DNA of 64,000 nt from Longimicrobiales bacterium (GTDB taxonomy: Bacteria > Gemmatimonadota > Gemmatimonadetes > Longimicrobiales > Gaopeijiaceae): contig OZ241892.1 of assembly GCA_965203485.1 (NCBI GenBank), positions 160,001-224,000 on the forward strand, given 5' to 3'. The notes under the pieces were generated by a model. That model saw only the letters and a list, made by a program, of their open reading frames with translations. It was not told the origin of the DNA and ran no database searches. Position 1 is the first letter of the stretch. Every line of letters begins with the position of its first letter. A program made the translations under genes and the position numbers. Below are positions 47,198 to 56,990 of the stretch, one piece after another.

Positions 47198-48118
47198 ATG
47201 GCGGTCATCGAGGCGCGCGCCCTGAGCAAGCGCTACAAGGAAGTCGTCGCGGTCGACCAAGCCACGTTCGATGTCGAACCGGGCCAAGTGTTCGGGTTCC
47301 TCGGGCCCAACGGAAGCGGCAAGACGACGACCATCGGCATGTTGCTGGGGATCATTCGGCCCACGTCGGGCGCGTTTCGGCTCCTCGGCGCATCGGCTCC
47401 TGCGGAGCTCGTCGCCGTCCGAAGGCGCGTCGGGGCGACGCTCGAGGTCCCGAACTTCTATCCGTACCTGAGCGGCCGCGACAATCTCCGCATCACGGCG
47501 CGGGTCAAGGGCGCCGGCCCGGAGCGCATCGAGGAGTGCCTGGGCCTGGTCGGCTTGACCGCTCGCGCAAGGCATCGCTTCAAGACGTACTCCCTGGGCA
47601 TGAAGCAGCGCCTGGCCCTGGCCGCCGCCATGCTGAACGACCCGGAGCTGGTGATCTTGGACGAGCCCGCCAACGGCCTCGATCCGCAGGGCATGATCGA
47701 GATCCGCCAGCTCATTGGCGACTTGGCGGGACGCGGCAAGACGATATTCCTGTCGAGCCACCTGCTCTGGGAAGTCGAGCGGACGTGCACGCACGTGGCC
47801 ATCATCCGCAACGGCAGGGTCATGACGACCGGGGCCGTGGAGGACATCGTGGCGGGCGACCCGCACGTCGTGGTCAAGTCCGACGACTTGGAGCGCCTCC
47901 GGCAGGCCCTGGAGGAGTATCCCGGCGTCTCGGCCGCGCGCGTCGAGGGCGACGGCGTCGTGGCGCGGCTTGCTGCCGGCGACATCGGGCGCCTGAACGG
48001 CCACCTGGCAAGCCGCGGCATCCACCCGTCCCATTTGGCCGCGAAGGAACGCTCGCTCGAGGACGTGTTCATGCAGATCACGGGCTCCGCCGCGCCGGAT
48101 GCCGGAGAGAGCTCGTGA
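47198..48118 (+). CDS. ABC transporter ATP-binding protein (BcrA-like)
   Basis: GPNGSGKTT, YSLGMKQR, LDEPANGLDP, SSH. Confidence 0.92.
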   Translation: MAVIEARALSKRYKEVVAVDQATFDVEPGQVFGFLGPNGSGKTTTIGMLLGIIRPTSGAFRLLGASAPAELVAVRRRVGATLEVPNFYPYLSGRDNLRITARVKGAGPERIEECLGLVGLTARARHRFKTYSLGMKQRLALAAAMLNDPELVILDEPANGLDPQGMIEIRQLIGDLAGRGKTIFLSSHLLWEVERTCTHVAIIRNGRVMTTGAVEDIVAGDPHVVVKSDDLERLRQALEEYPGVSAARVEGDGVVARLAAGDIGRLNGHLASRGIHPSHLAAKERSLEDVFMQITGSAAPDAGESS

Positions 48119-48960
48119 ACGAACGGATCGGCGGCGAGCAGGACGGCATGTTGCGCGTCGTCCTCGCCAACGAAGCGCTGAAGACGGCGAGGCGTCCCGC
48201 CTTCTGGGTCCTCATCGGCGTCTTCGCCGGATGCATCGCGTTCGTGGCCGTCGTCAGCGAGCTGCTCGCGAGAGCGGATGGCGTGCGCCTAGTCAGCAGG
48301 AGCTGGACTGTCGTCCCAGCGGGTGCGGCTGCGGTTGGACCGATATGCGCAGGACTGGCGCTCGCGTTGCTGTTCGTGCCCGAGTTCAAGTGGCGCACCG
48401 CCAGACAGAACGTGATCGACGGCGTCAGCAAAGACTCCTTCTTCGCGGGCAAGTTGTTGCTGGTGCCGGCGCTCATCGTTGCGTTTCTGGCGTTGGCGTG
48501 GGCGCTGGGCGCGGCCGCCGCGCTGATCTTCCCGCCTCCGGACGGACTCCAGGCGCCTGCGCTCGCCGACCTTCAGGCATGGACCGGTCTCGCATTGGCG
48601 ATGGGCGTGTGGGCGGGGGCCGCCTTCTTGCTGGCCGCGGTCCTGCGGGCGGGCGGCGCCACCGTCGGCGTCCTGCTCGGCTACTTTGTCGTCGAGGGCG
48701 TTGCCGCGAGCCTTGGGAAGGCCACGGCGGCGATGCGCGGGTTGGAATTCCTTTTCACCGCGCTCGACTACCTGCCGGGCCGGGTCTCCGAGGCGCTCGG
48801 CGGCTATAGGCTTCACTACGGCTCGACGGCGCCGGTGGAGTGGAACGGGGTCGTCTTTGGGGAGCCGCCGGGCTTTTGGCCGCTTGCCGGGATTGCCTGC
48901 GCGTACGTTGCGGCGTTCGTCGCGCTGGCGTATGCGAACTTCCGCAGGCGGGATCTCTAG
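48115..48960 (+). CDS. ABC-2 type permease
   Basis: About six hydrophobic segments, EFKWRTARQNVIDG motif, FRRRDL C-terminus; GTGA overlap with the ATPase gene. Confidence 0.85.
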   Translation: MNERIGGEQDGMLRVVLANEALKTARRPAFWVLIGVFAGCIAFVAVVSELLARADGVRLVSRSWTVVPAGAAAVGPICAGLALALLFVPEFKWRTARQNVIDGVSKDSFFAGKLLLVPALIVAFLALAWALGAAAALIFPPPDGLQAPALADLQAWTGLALAMGVWAGAAFLLAAVLRAGGATVGVLLGYFVVEGVAASLGKATAAMRGLEFLFTALDYLPGRVSEALGGYRLHYGSTAPVEWNGVVFGEPPGFWPLAGIACAYVAAFVALAYANFRRRDL

Positions 48961-49026
48961 GCGTGCCGCGCAACCCAGGCGCCGGGCCCACGCGTGCCGG
49001 CGCATTCTGCTGACGAGGACGACGAC

Positions 49027-50187
49027 ATGAGATCAAGCCGCAGGCGATTCCTCAAGGTCGCCGCAACCGCGGGCAGCGGGCTGGCGGCCGGCGCGGCGCT
49101 TCGCGCGGAGCCGAGCACGCCGGGCGCCGAGGACGGAGAATCCGGGGCGCGTCGCGCGCCTGGGCTGGCGAAGAAGCTGCTGTTCCTCGGCGGCACCAAC
49201 TTCATCGGGCCGCACCAAGTTCGGTACGCGCTGCGGCGCGGGCACGAAGTCACCCTGTTCAACCGGGGTCGCACGAACCCGCACCTCTTTCCGGACCTGG
49301 AGAAGCTGGTGGGCGACCGCGAAAGCGACCTGAGCGCGCTCGAAGGACGCCGGTGGGACGTGGTCGTGGACACGTCGGCGACCAACCCAGCCTGGGTCGA
49401 GCGCAGCGCGCGCATGCTCGAGGACGCGTGCGAGCGCTACGTCTTCGTGTCGACGCGGTCCGTCTATGCGGACACGAGCCGGGTGCCGATGTCCACGGCC
49501 GCCCCTGTGTGGACCTACGAGTCCGCCGGGGTCGAACCGGGTGCGGGGCGGTTGCCCTACGGCCTCAGCAAGGCGCTGGCCGAACGGATCGTCCGCGAGA
49601 AGTTCGGCCGGGAACGCAGCTTGGTGTTCCGCCCCGGCCTGATCGTCGGCCCGGGCGATCCGACCGACCGGTTCACCTATTGGCCCGTCCGCATTCACCG
49701 AGGCGGCGAGGTGCTCGCTCCCGGCGACGGCTCGGACCCCGTGCAGGTGATCGACGTGCGCGACTTCGCCGAGTGGCTGGTCGAGATGGTGGAGGCGGAC
49801 GAGTCGGGCACCTACAACGTGGTGGGACCGCGCACGCCGCGCCCGATGGCCGAGCTGCTGTACGGCATCCGCGCCGTGACCACGGCCGAGACCACCTTCA
49901 CGTGGGTGGATGCGGACTTCGCGGTCAATGCGGGCCTGCGGCCCTACGCCGAGATGCCCGTGTGGCGGCCGGCGCGCGGCCGCTTCGCCGGCTTCGCCCG
50001 CTTCGATCTCACGCCCGAGGTGGAGAAGGGCCTCGCGTTCCGGTCCTTGGCGGACACCGCAGCGGCAACGTTGGAGCACCACTTCTCCCGCCCCGCGGAC
50101 CGGCAGGCGGCGTTGCGCTCCGGCGTCGGCGCCGAACGCGAACGCGAGGTGCTCGACCTTTGGCGAGCCTTTCAGCGGGCCGGATAG
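49027..50187 (+). CDS. NAD-dependent epimerase/dehydratase family protein with Tat signal
   Basis: SRRRFLK Tat motif, LGGTNFIG, YGLSK, RPGLIVGPGDPTDRFTYWP. Confidence 0.88.
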   Translation: MRSSRRRFLKVAATAGSGLAAGAALRAEPSTPGAEDGESGARRAPGLAKKLLFLGGTNFIGPHQVRYALRRGHEVTLFNRGRTNPHLFPDLEKLVGDRESDLSALEGRRWDVVVDTSATNPAWVERSARMLEDACERYVFVSTRSVYADTSRVPMSTAAPVWTYESAGVEPGAGRLPYGLSKALAERIVREKFGRERSLVFRPGLIVGPGDPTDRFTYWPVRIHRGGEVLAPGDGSDPVQVIDVRDFAEWLVEMVEADESGTYNVVGPRTPRPMAELLYGIRAVTTAETTFTWVDADFAVNAGLRPYAEMPVWRPARGRFAGFARFDLTPEVEKGLAFRSLADTAAATLEHHFSRPADRQAALRSGVGAEREREVLDLWRAFQRAG

Positions 50188-50211
50188 CCCCTTCACCGAA
50201 CGAGACCGACC

Positions 50212-51951
50212 ATGGCGCCCGGAAGACAGCTGCACCGATCTCGCCCGCTGTTCTTCCTCCTGCTTGCCGCGGCCTGCGGCCGGGACGGCGGCGGACCCCG
50301 CGAAGCCGGCCTCGTGCTGCGGGGCGGCATCGTGGCCACCATGGACGCGCGGAACTCCACGGCGGAGGCCGTCGCCGTCGACGACGGGCGGATCGTGGCG
50401 GTCGGCAGCGACGCCGACGTGGCGTCGTTCATAGGCGGCGACACGAAGGTGATCGAACTCGGCGGACGCTTGGCCGTGCCCGGCTTCATCGAGGGACACG
50501 GCCACTTCATGGCTCTAGGCGACGCGCGCGCGATCCTCGACCTGACCCGCGCCGCCAGTTGGGAGGAGATTGTGGCCATGGTCGCCGAAGCCGTTGCCGA
50601 AGCCGCTCCGGGCGCTTGGATCCGGGGGCGCGGCTGGCACCAGGAGAAGTGGGACGTCCCGCCACATCCCGTGGTTGAAGGCGGGCCGACGCACGCCACG
50701 CTCTCGGCGGCGGCGCCCGGCAACCCGGTCCTGCTCACCCATGCGTCCGGCCATGCGGCCTTCGCGAACGCCGCCGCCCTAGCGGCCGCGGGCTTGAGTC
50801 GCGGTTCCGAGCCTCCTCCGGGCGGCGAGTTCGTTCGCGACGAGAACGGCGAGCTCACGGGCCTGCTTCGCGAGACGGCCCAGCGCCCGGTCGCGGCGGC
50901 CTTCGCGCGCGTCCAGGCCGCGCGTTCGCCGGACGAAATCGACGCCGACTTCCGTCGCCAAGTTCACCTTGCAGGAGAGGAAGCCCTGTCCAAGGGCGTG
51001 ACCTCCTTCCAGGACGCGGGCGCCAGCTTCGCGACGATCGACCGCTTCAGGGAACTCGAAGCGGAGGGCGCGTTGCCGGTGAGGTTGTACGTCATGGTGC
51101 GCCCGGAGTCCAACGCCGAGATGGACGCCCGCCTGGCCGACTACTACATGCCGTCCGAGGGCGACGACTATCTCGCCGTGCGGTCGGTCAAGCGCCAGAT
51201 CGACGGTGCCCTGGGATCGCACGGCGCGTGGTTGCTCGAGCCCTACGACGACATGCCGGAGTCCACCGGACTCGTGCTGGAGACCGTCGAAGAGATCACG
51301 GGAACGGCCCACGTCGCCCTCAAGCACGGCTTCCAAGTCAACACCCACGCCATCGGCGACCGGGCGAACCGGGAGACGCTGGACATCTACGAAGCAGTCT
51401 TCGACTCGGCCGGCATCGCCGAGAGCGGCCTGCTTCGCTGGCGCATCGAACATGCTCAGCACGTCCATCCCGACGACGTGGAACGGTTCGCCTCGCTGGG
51501 CGTCGTCGCGTCGATGCAGGGCGTCCACGCCACCTCCGACGCCCCTTGGGTGTACGTCCGCCTGGGAGCCGGCCGGGCCGAATCCGGAGCGTATCTGTGG
51601 CGCTCGTTCCTGGACGCCGGAGTCGTCGTCAGCAACGGCACCGACGCTCCGGTCGAGGACGTCGATCCCTTGGCCAACTTCCGGGCATCGGTGCTGCGTT
51701 CGACTGCGGAGGGCCAGGAGTTTTTTCCGGCGCAGCGCATGACCCGCATCGAGGCGTTGCGCAGCTACACGATCAGCGCCGCCTTCGCGGCGTTCGAAGA
51801 CGAGTTCAAGGGGTCGGTGGAGGTCGGCAAGCTGGGCGACATCGTGGTGCTCGACCGCGACATTCTGACCGTGCCCGACGACGAACTCGCCGGCGCCAAG
51901 GTGGACATGACGATAGTGGGAGGGGTCGTGCGCTACGCCGCGTCCCGCTGA
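50212..51951 (+). CDS. Amidohydrolase family 3 (YtcJ-like) lipoprotein
   Basis: LAAAC lipobox; PGFIEGHGH, DGALGS, HAIGDRAN, RIEHAQ, GTDAPVE. Confidence 0.9.
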   Translation: MAPGRQLHRSRPLFFLLLAAACGRDGGGPREAGLVLRGGIVATMDARNSTAEAVAVDDGRIVAVGSDADVASFIGGDTKVIELGGRLAVPGFIEGHGHFMALGDARAILDLTRAASWEEIVAMVAEAVAEAAPGAWIRGRGWHQEKWDVPPHPVVEGGPTHATLSAAAPGNPVLLTHASGHAAFANAAALAAAGLSRGSEPPPGGEFVRDENGELTGLLRETAQRPVAAAFARVQAARSPDEIDADFRRQVHLAGEEALSKGVTSFQDAGASFATIDRFRELEAEGALPVRLYVMVRPESNAEMDARLADYYMPSEGDDYLAVRSVKRQIDGALGSHGAWLLEPYDDMPESTGLVLETVEEITGTAHVALKHGFQVNTHAIGDRANRETLDIYEAVFDSAGIAESGLLRWRIEHAQHVHPDDVERFASLGVVASMQGVHATSDAPWVYVRLGAGRAESGAYLWRSFLDAGVVVSNGTDAPVEDVDPLANFRASVLRSTAEGQEFFPAQRMTRIEALRSYTISAAFAAFEDEFKGSVEVGKLGDIVVLDRDILTVPDDELAGAKVDMTIVGGVVRYAASR

Positions 51952-52056
51952 ACCGAGCGGGGAATCGAGCCCGGCGAAAGGCTTCGGACCGGTCATTGCG
52001 AGAACTTAGGGCGCGGGCGACCGACGGGTGGGCCGCCGGCTGTTTCGGCTTCGATC

Positions 52057-52760
52057 GTGGCGCTCGCGTTCGGCGTCGGCATGTACTTGGCGTGGGCGCG
52101 CGTGTTCCCGTGGGGAGTGGTCTCCAATGGCGCCAAGACGGGCTGTCGGTCGTGGCCGCGTGGAGGACCGACATGCCCTGGTTGCGTCGCGGACGTGCCG
52201 CCGGACAGCGCGAAGGCGCGCAGGGTGCGACCCGTGAAGGGAACGGAATTGCAGGATGCCGTCGTCCTGGTGGGCGGACGGTGGGGCATTGGCGAGCGCT
52301 GTCCCGGCGCGGACGGTTGCATGGCCGTCGAGTACACCGGTCGCGCGCAACCGCGCCGGACGTGCCCGTTCCGGACGGATGTTCTCGATGCTGTGCTGAG
52401 GGCGAACTCGCGCACGCTGGAGAAGTTTCCGGGCGTCGCCGCCATGGACTTCCTTCGGCCGCACTACGTGTCGCCGTACGCCAACGGCGACCTGCTGGTC
52501 AGCTTCGTGTGCACGGACCCGGAGCGGCTGGAGCAGTGGCGCACGCACCGCGAAGGCCGACTGTCGATCCCGACCGAACGCGCGTCGTCGCGTCGTTCAC
52601 GGAGTCGGGCCGAGCGGCGGAGGTGCGAATTGCGGACGGCGCGGTACTAGCGGATTTCGACTTCGTTCACGACACGCGGGGCTTCGAGCGCTTCCCCGCC
52701 GGCCGGAGCGTGATCCGCTTCGGAACGGGCGAAGCCTTCTACGCTCACGAGGCGCGATAG
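52057..52760 (+). pseudogene. Degraded paralog of the ASST-like gene at 37712-39112
   Basis: Shared blocks (AWARVFPWG, CPGADGCMAVEY, NGDLLV, DPER, PDRTRVVASF...EVRIADGAVLA) are split over two frames, and about 210 central codons are missing. Confidence 0.75.
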
Positions 52761-52766
52761 GCGGGG

Positions 52767-54131
52767 CTAGTCCTTGTTCCCGGATCCGCGAATGCGATAC
52801 AGGCCGGGCGACTGCCGAACCATCAGCGGGCCCACGAGTATCTGGCGAGCGCGAGCGAGCGAGTATCCCTCGGCGAGCATGCGCGCCGAGAACTCGGTGC
52901 TGGCGATTACGTTCCCCGCGGCCCGCGCCAGCCGCATCCCGGCAGCCTCCGCCTCCGACAGCGGTTGTGCGTGGCGGGCGCCTTCGGCCAAGCGGACCAA
53001 CTTGCCGGACACGTCGAAGTCCGGATGGCTCGAGAGCAGCAACCGCACCACCGGAGGCGGTGGCGAGACGCCGCACCTCCGAGCGACCGCCACGGCCAGC
53101 TCGGCCGCGCTCAGCGCCTCCGCAACCGACAGCACCTTGCGCGCGGTCCGCACCAACACGTTCTCGCGGGCGGGCAGGGCCACGAGCCACCCGCTCCGCT
53201 CCCGCAACCGCCTTCCCTCGGGGGTCAACGCGGTCACGACGTCGTCGGAGCGGATGCCGTCGTCCGCTCCACCCCAGAACTTCGCCACTGCGCCCACGCG
53301 GCCGAGTTCCCTTCGCGCCACGCTCACGCGCGCCTTGAAGCGCACCGCGTACACTGCGGCGTCCGCCTCGGACCCGGGCACGACCCACTGCATGATGTCG
53401 CCGTGCCAAGCGATCTCCGGCATGAGCCGCAACCGTGCCAGGGAGGGCAGCACGCACAAGTCGGCCTCGTTCACCGACAGTCCGCGCTCGCGGCACGTCG
53501 CCACGATCGTCGCGGGCCCCGCCATGCCTCCGGCTCGCTTCACCACGGCCGCGACCGCGCAAGCGATGGGCAACCGAAGGCCGGACGAGGTCAGCAACGC
53601 GGCGTGCTGGGCGCATACTTGCCGGACGCGTTCGCGCGTCACGCCGAACTCCGCTCCCAGCGCCTCGAGCGTCGGCACGGGGCCGTGACCGGCGCCCAGC
53701 CGGCGCAGGAAGGCATCGGCGTCCCTGGCGCGCAGACCCGCCACCAAGCCGCGCACCTCCGCCGAAAGCGTCTTCGCCGAAGCGACGGCGACGACGATCG
53801 CGGCGGGCAGCAAGCGCCACGGACTGTCGGCGCCGGGGCGGGCCAGCGCCGCTATCTGCTTCGGGGACAGCGAGGCCAGCGCGCCGACCAGCTCTTGGAT
53901 GCGCGCCAGATCGCTGGGGGCCATTTCAGGCACGCTTCGGATGCGGCGCTGGCCCGCGCCCAGCACGTCGCCGAACGTGGCGTAGCCGGCCCGGGCCAGC
54001 GCGGCCGAGGCGCGGGAGCTCAAGCCGAGCGACGATACGGGCAGACCGGCGAGTTCGCGCGGCAGTCCCCTGTTGCCGCTCCGCCCCGGCGGCGTCTTGC
54101 CCTTCTCCCGCCGCCCGCCGTTCGCCACCAT
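52767..54131 (-). CDS. Protein with an RNA polymerase alpha-CTD-like domain and a sigma70 region-4 HTH
   Basis: PVSSLGLSSRASAALARAGYATFGDVL resembles alpha-CTD; TLEALGAEFGVTRERVRQV is a sigma region 4.2 signature. Confidence 0.72.
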   Translation of the reverse strand: MVANGGRREKGKTPPGRSGNRGLPRELAGLPVSSLGLSSRASAALARAGYATFGDVLGAGQRRIRSVPEMAPSDLARIQELVGALASLSPKQIAALARPGADSPWRLLPAAIVVAVASAKTLSAEVRGLVAGLRARDADAFLRRLGAGHGPVPTLEALGAEFGVTRERVRQVCAQHAALLTSSGLRLPIACAVAAVVKRAGGMAGPATIVATCRERGLSVNEADLCVLPSLARLRLMPEIAWHGDIMQWVVPGSEADAAVYAVRFKARVSVARRELGRVGAVAKFWGGADDGIRSDDVVTALTPEGRRLRERSGWLVALPARENVLVRTARKVLSVAEALSAAELAVAVARRCGVSPPPPVVRLLLSSHPDFDVSGKLVRLAEGARHAQPLSEAEAAGMRLARAAGNVIASTEFSARMLAEGYSLARARQILVGPLMVRQSPGLYRIRGSGNKD

Positions 54132-54178
54132 CGCGGCCGTGCGTCCGGACCCGCCGGACAAGCTCCTGTTCTGCGGGG

Positions 54179-56776
54179 TCAAGATCCGGCGGGGTCGAGG
54201 ACGGCGTCGATGCGGGCTGCCGCGTCGCGGAAGTGCAAGCGGGTCGCACGGTCCCGCAACCGGTCCCTGGCGCCGTCCAGCTCGCCGCGCAGCAATTCCA
54301 GCTGTTCTCGAACGAACGCAGCGACGTCCGTCTCGATCGCGTCCTCGTCCTCCAGCAGCGCCTTGGCCCGCGCGAGGTAGGCGCGTTGCAAGTTGCGGCG
54401 ATAGGCGTCCGTTGCCTCGCCGCGGGCCGCCTCCGACCAAACCGTCTCCCGCAGGTCGTCGAGCATCTCGGCGAGGGCGTAGGCGTCCGACCCGTGGAAC
54501 GCCTCCTGCTCGATCAACCGCTTCATCCGGCTCACGTCGAGCACCCGGCCGAGGGCGGCGGCCTGCCGCCCACCCACTAGGTCCAGCGCTCCGTCTCCCT
54601 GAAACAGGTTGAGCAGTCCGTCGTCCAGCAACCACTGCGGCGTGGAAAACACTTGGCGGCCGAGGTACTCCATCGCGCGCTCCTGCTTTTCCTTTGACAC
54701 CATCGCGTACTGGGGACCGTCCTGTCCTTGCCGCTTGCGCGTACGAACGACTCCGCCGATGTTCGCGGTGACGTGACCCGTGTAGCGGCTCCACTGCGAA
54801 AGCACGTTGCCGTAAAGCTCCTGGAGTTGCGAGTAGTCTTCGCCTTCCTCGTAGGTCCAGTCGGCCAGCCTGTCCACGATCCGCTTCAGGTTCTCGACGC
54901 CGTAGTCCGAGGCCCGCATGGCGTCGTCGCCGATCGCTTCCGTCAGTGCGGTAGGATCGGCGCCCGTGGGGCTCGAGAAGCGATACACCGGGTCTTTCTG
55001 CATCTCCTGCACCATCTTGCGCAAGTCGTCCTGTTCCGCAACGGCGTCCTTGCCGGGGAACGGCCGGTAGCCCCATTCGACGGCAAACTCGTCGTACGGG
55101 CCGACGACGGGCATCACGCAGGTGTCGTCGCCCGGCTGCGCGACGTAGTTGAAGCGCGCATAGTCCATGATCGACGGCGCCACGCCCATCTCGCAGACGA
55201 AGCGCGTGCGCAGCCGCTCGACCGGGTACGCCGCCGAAGCTTGCATGTTGTGTTGCAGACCGATCGTGTGTCCCACCTCGTGGGCCGACACGAACCGTAC
55301 CAGCTCTCCCATTACGTCGTCGTCGAACTTGACGCCGCGCGCATCCTCGTTGACGGCCGCAGTCTGCACGAAGAACCAGTTGCGCAACAAGTTCATGACG
55401 TTGTGGTACCACTGAATGTCGCTCTCCAAGATCTCGCCGGTGCGCGGGTCGTGCACGTGCGGACCCGACGCGTTCTGGACCGGCGACGCCAAATAGCGGA
55501 TGACGGAATAGCGAGCGTCCTCCGGATGCCAGTCCGGGTCGTCCGGCGCGTCTCGGGCCACGACGGCGTTGCTGAAGCCGGCGCGCTCGAAGGCCGGTTG
55601 CCAGTCTTCGACGCCCTGCTTGAGATAGGGCACCCACTTGGGAGGCGTGGCGGGGTCGATGTAGTAGACGATCGGCTTGACCGGATCGACGAGTTCGCCG
55701 CGGGCAAAGGCATCGGGATCGCTGGGCTCGAGGCGCCAGCGGGTCACCAAGCAGCGCGTCACCGCTCGCTGCTCGTCGAGTCCGTAGTCGGTCATGCGCG
55801 TGCTGAAGAAGCCGACCCGCTCGTCGCACAGCCGCGGTTGCATCGGATCGCCGGGCAGGACGAGCATCGAGTGATGCATCTCCATCGACAGCGTGTGGCT
55901 TGCCGCGTTCGAAGGCGCTTCGGTTGCCACGTACGTGAGCACTCGCCGCACTTCCACGTTGGTGGGGAAGGCGCTGGCGCGCACGATGTAGGTGCGGTCT
56001 CCGTCGACGCGGCGCACGCCGTATTGCTCGCGGCGAAAGCCCGGCAGGCCCAGCATCGGCACGTCTTCGGTGAACAAGCCGGTCACGTCGACGACGACCG
56101 CGGACGAATCCTCCGGCATCGCTTCGACGTCGAAGGCCATCAGAATCGGATCGAAGTTCGAGTTCCTGACCGCGTCCGCGACGGCGGTCGTGTCGTCGGC
56201 CACGTTGTCGTAGCTTACTAGACGAAGCAGGATGCGGTCGTCCAGCCGCTCCCAACGGACCGTGGCCGTGTTGGCCTTGGAACCGCCGTAGCCGGCGCCG
56301 TCGGCTGTGCGCGCGATGCGGGTGAGCAACAGCATTTCGCGGCCCATCATGTCCAGCGGGATCTCGTAGAACAGGTCGCCGTCGATCATGTGCGCGTCGA
56401 AGAGGCCCTCGCTGGTCACCGCCTCGTCGGTGATCACGTCGGCGTAGGACTTCGCGTCTCCCTTGTCCTCTTCCTCTTCCTGGGCTTCCTCCTCCTGGAA
56501 CCACGCCGCCGCGGCAGGACGTGCCGGAGACGCGAGCGGCCCGGGCCGGGGAGCGTCTGCGCCGACTAGCGACGATGCGTTCGCAGCCAGCCCCGCCTTG
56601 GCCGGTTCGGGCGCCTCGGCGTCTCCCGGCGGCAAGGCGCCGGCCGCGGACGATACGGGCGCCGACAAGGCGGCTCCCGTTGCGGCGACGGCGAAAAGAA
56701 GCGAGCGGCGCCACGTCCGCGCCGGTCGTGTCCCCGCTGCCGCGGCGACGGCGAACCACAATGAACGACAGTCCAT
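54179..56776 (-). CDS. Secreted zinc-dependent metalloprotease (EcxA/DUF5118-DUF5117-DUF4953 type)
   Basis: HEVGHTIGLQHNM, SIMDYARFNYVAQP, PIVYYIDPATP, DPRTGEILE; AAGGAG RBS. Confidence 0.92.
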   Translation of the reverse strand: MDCRSLWFAVAAAAGTRPARTWRRSLLFAVAATGAALSAPVSSAAGALPPGDAEAPEPAKAGLAANASSLVGADAPRPGPLASPARPAAAAWFQEEEAQEEEEDKGDAKSYADVITDEAVTSEGLFDAHMIDGDLFYEIPLDMMGREMLLLTRIARTADGAGYGGSKANTATVRWERLDDRILLRLVSYDNVADDTTAVADAVRNSNFDPILMAFDVEAMPEDSSAVVVDVTGLFTEDVPMLGLPGFRREQYGVRRVDGDRTYIVRASAFPTNVEVRRVLTYVATEAPSNAASHTLSMEMHHSMLVLPGDPMQPRLCDERVGFFSTRMTDYGLDEQRAVTRCLVTRWRLEPSDPDAFARGELVDPVKPIVYYIDPATPPKWVPYLKQGVEDWQPAFERAGFSNAVVARDAPDDPDWHPEDARYSVIRYLASPVQNASGPHVHDPRTGEILESDIQWYHNVMNLLRNWFFVQTAAVNEDARGVKFDDDVMGELVRFVSAHEVGHTIGLQHNMQASAAYPVERLRTRFVCEMGVAPSIMDYARFNYVAQPGDDTCVMPVVGPYDEFAVEWGYRPFPGKDAVAEQDDLRKMVQEMQKDPVYRFSSPTGADPTALTEAIGDDAMRASDYGVENLKRIVDRLADWTYEEGEDYSQLQELYGNVLSQWSRYTGHVTANIGGVVRTRKRQGQDGPQYAMVSKEKQERAMEYLGRQVFSTPQWLLDDGLLNLFQGDGALDLVGGRQAAALGRVLDVSRMKRLIEQEAFHGSDAYALAEMLDDLRETVWSEAARGEATDAYRRNLQRAYLARAKALLEDEDAIETDVAAFVREQLELLRGELDGARDRLRDRATRLHFRDAAARIDAVLDPAGS

Positions 56777-56990
56777 CGCATTCTCCTTGCGAGTTTTTGG
56801 TGAGCAGTGAATCTAGGCGACAGGCGTTGGGCCGGGCAATTGGACGCCCGTGCTCATCCCCGGCGGCGGGACCGCCTCTGATCGAGGCGGGAGTCCGGCG
56901 CTCGACACGTTGGTCGCGCTCTTGTCCGCGCGCGCCGCTCGAACCGTTGCGTCCGCATGTGCCCTCGGCGCGTGGACGCGGGCTTTGCGG

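Noticed and set aside
54132..56759. Upstream part of the 1330-aa ORF
   Set aside because: Shifted frame of the metalloprotease gene; only the last 454 codons look like real protein.
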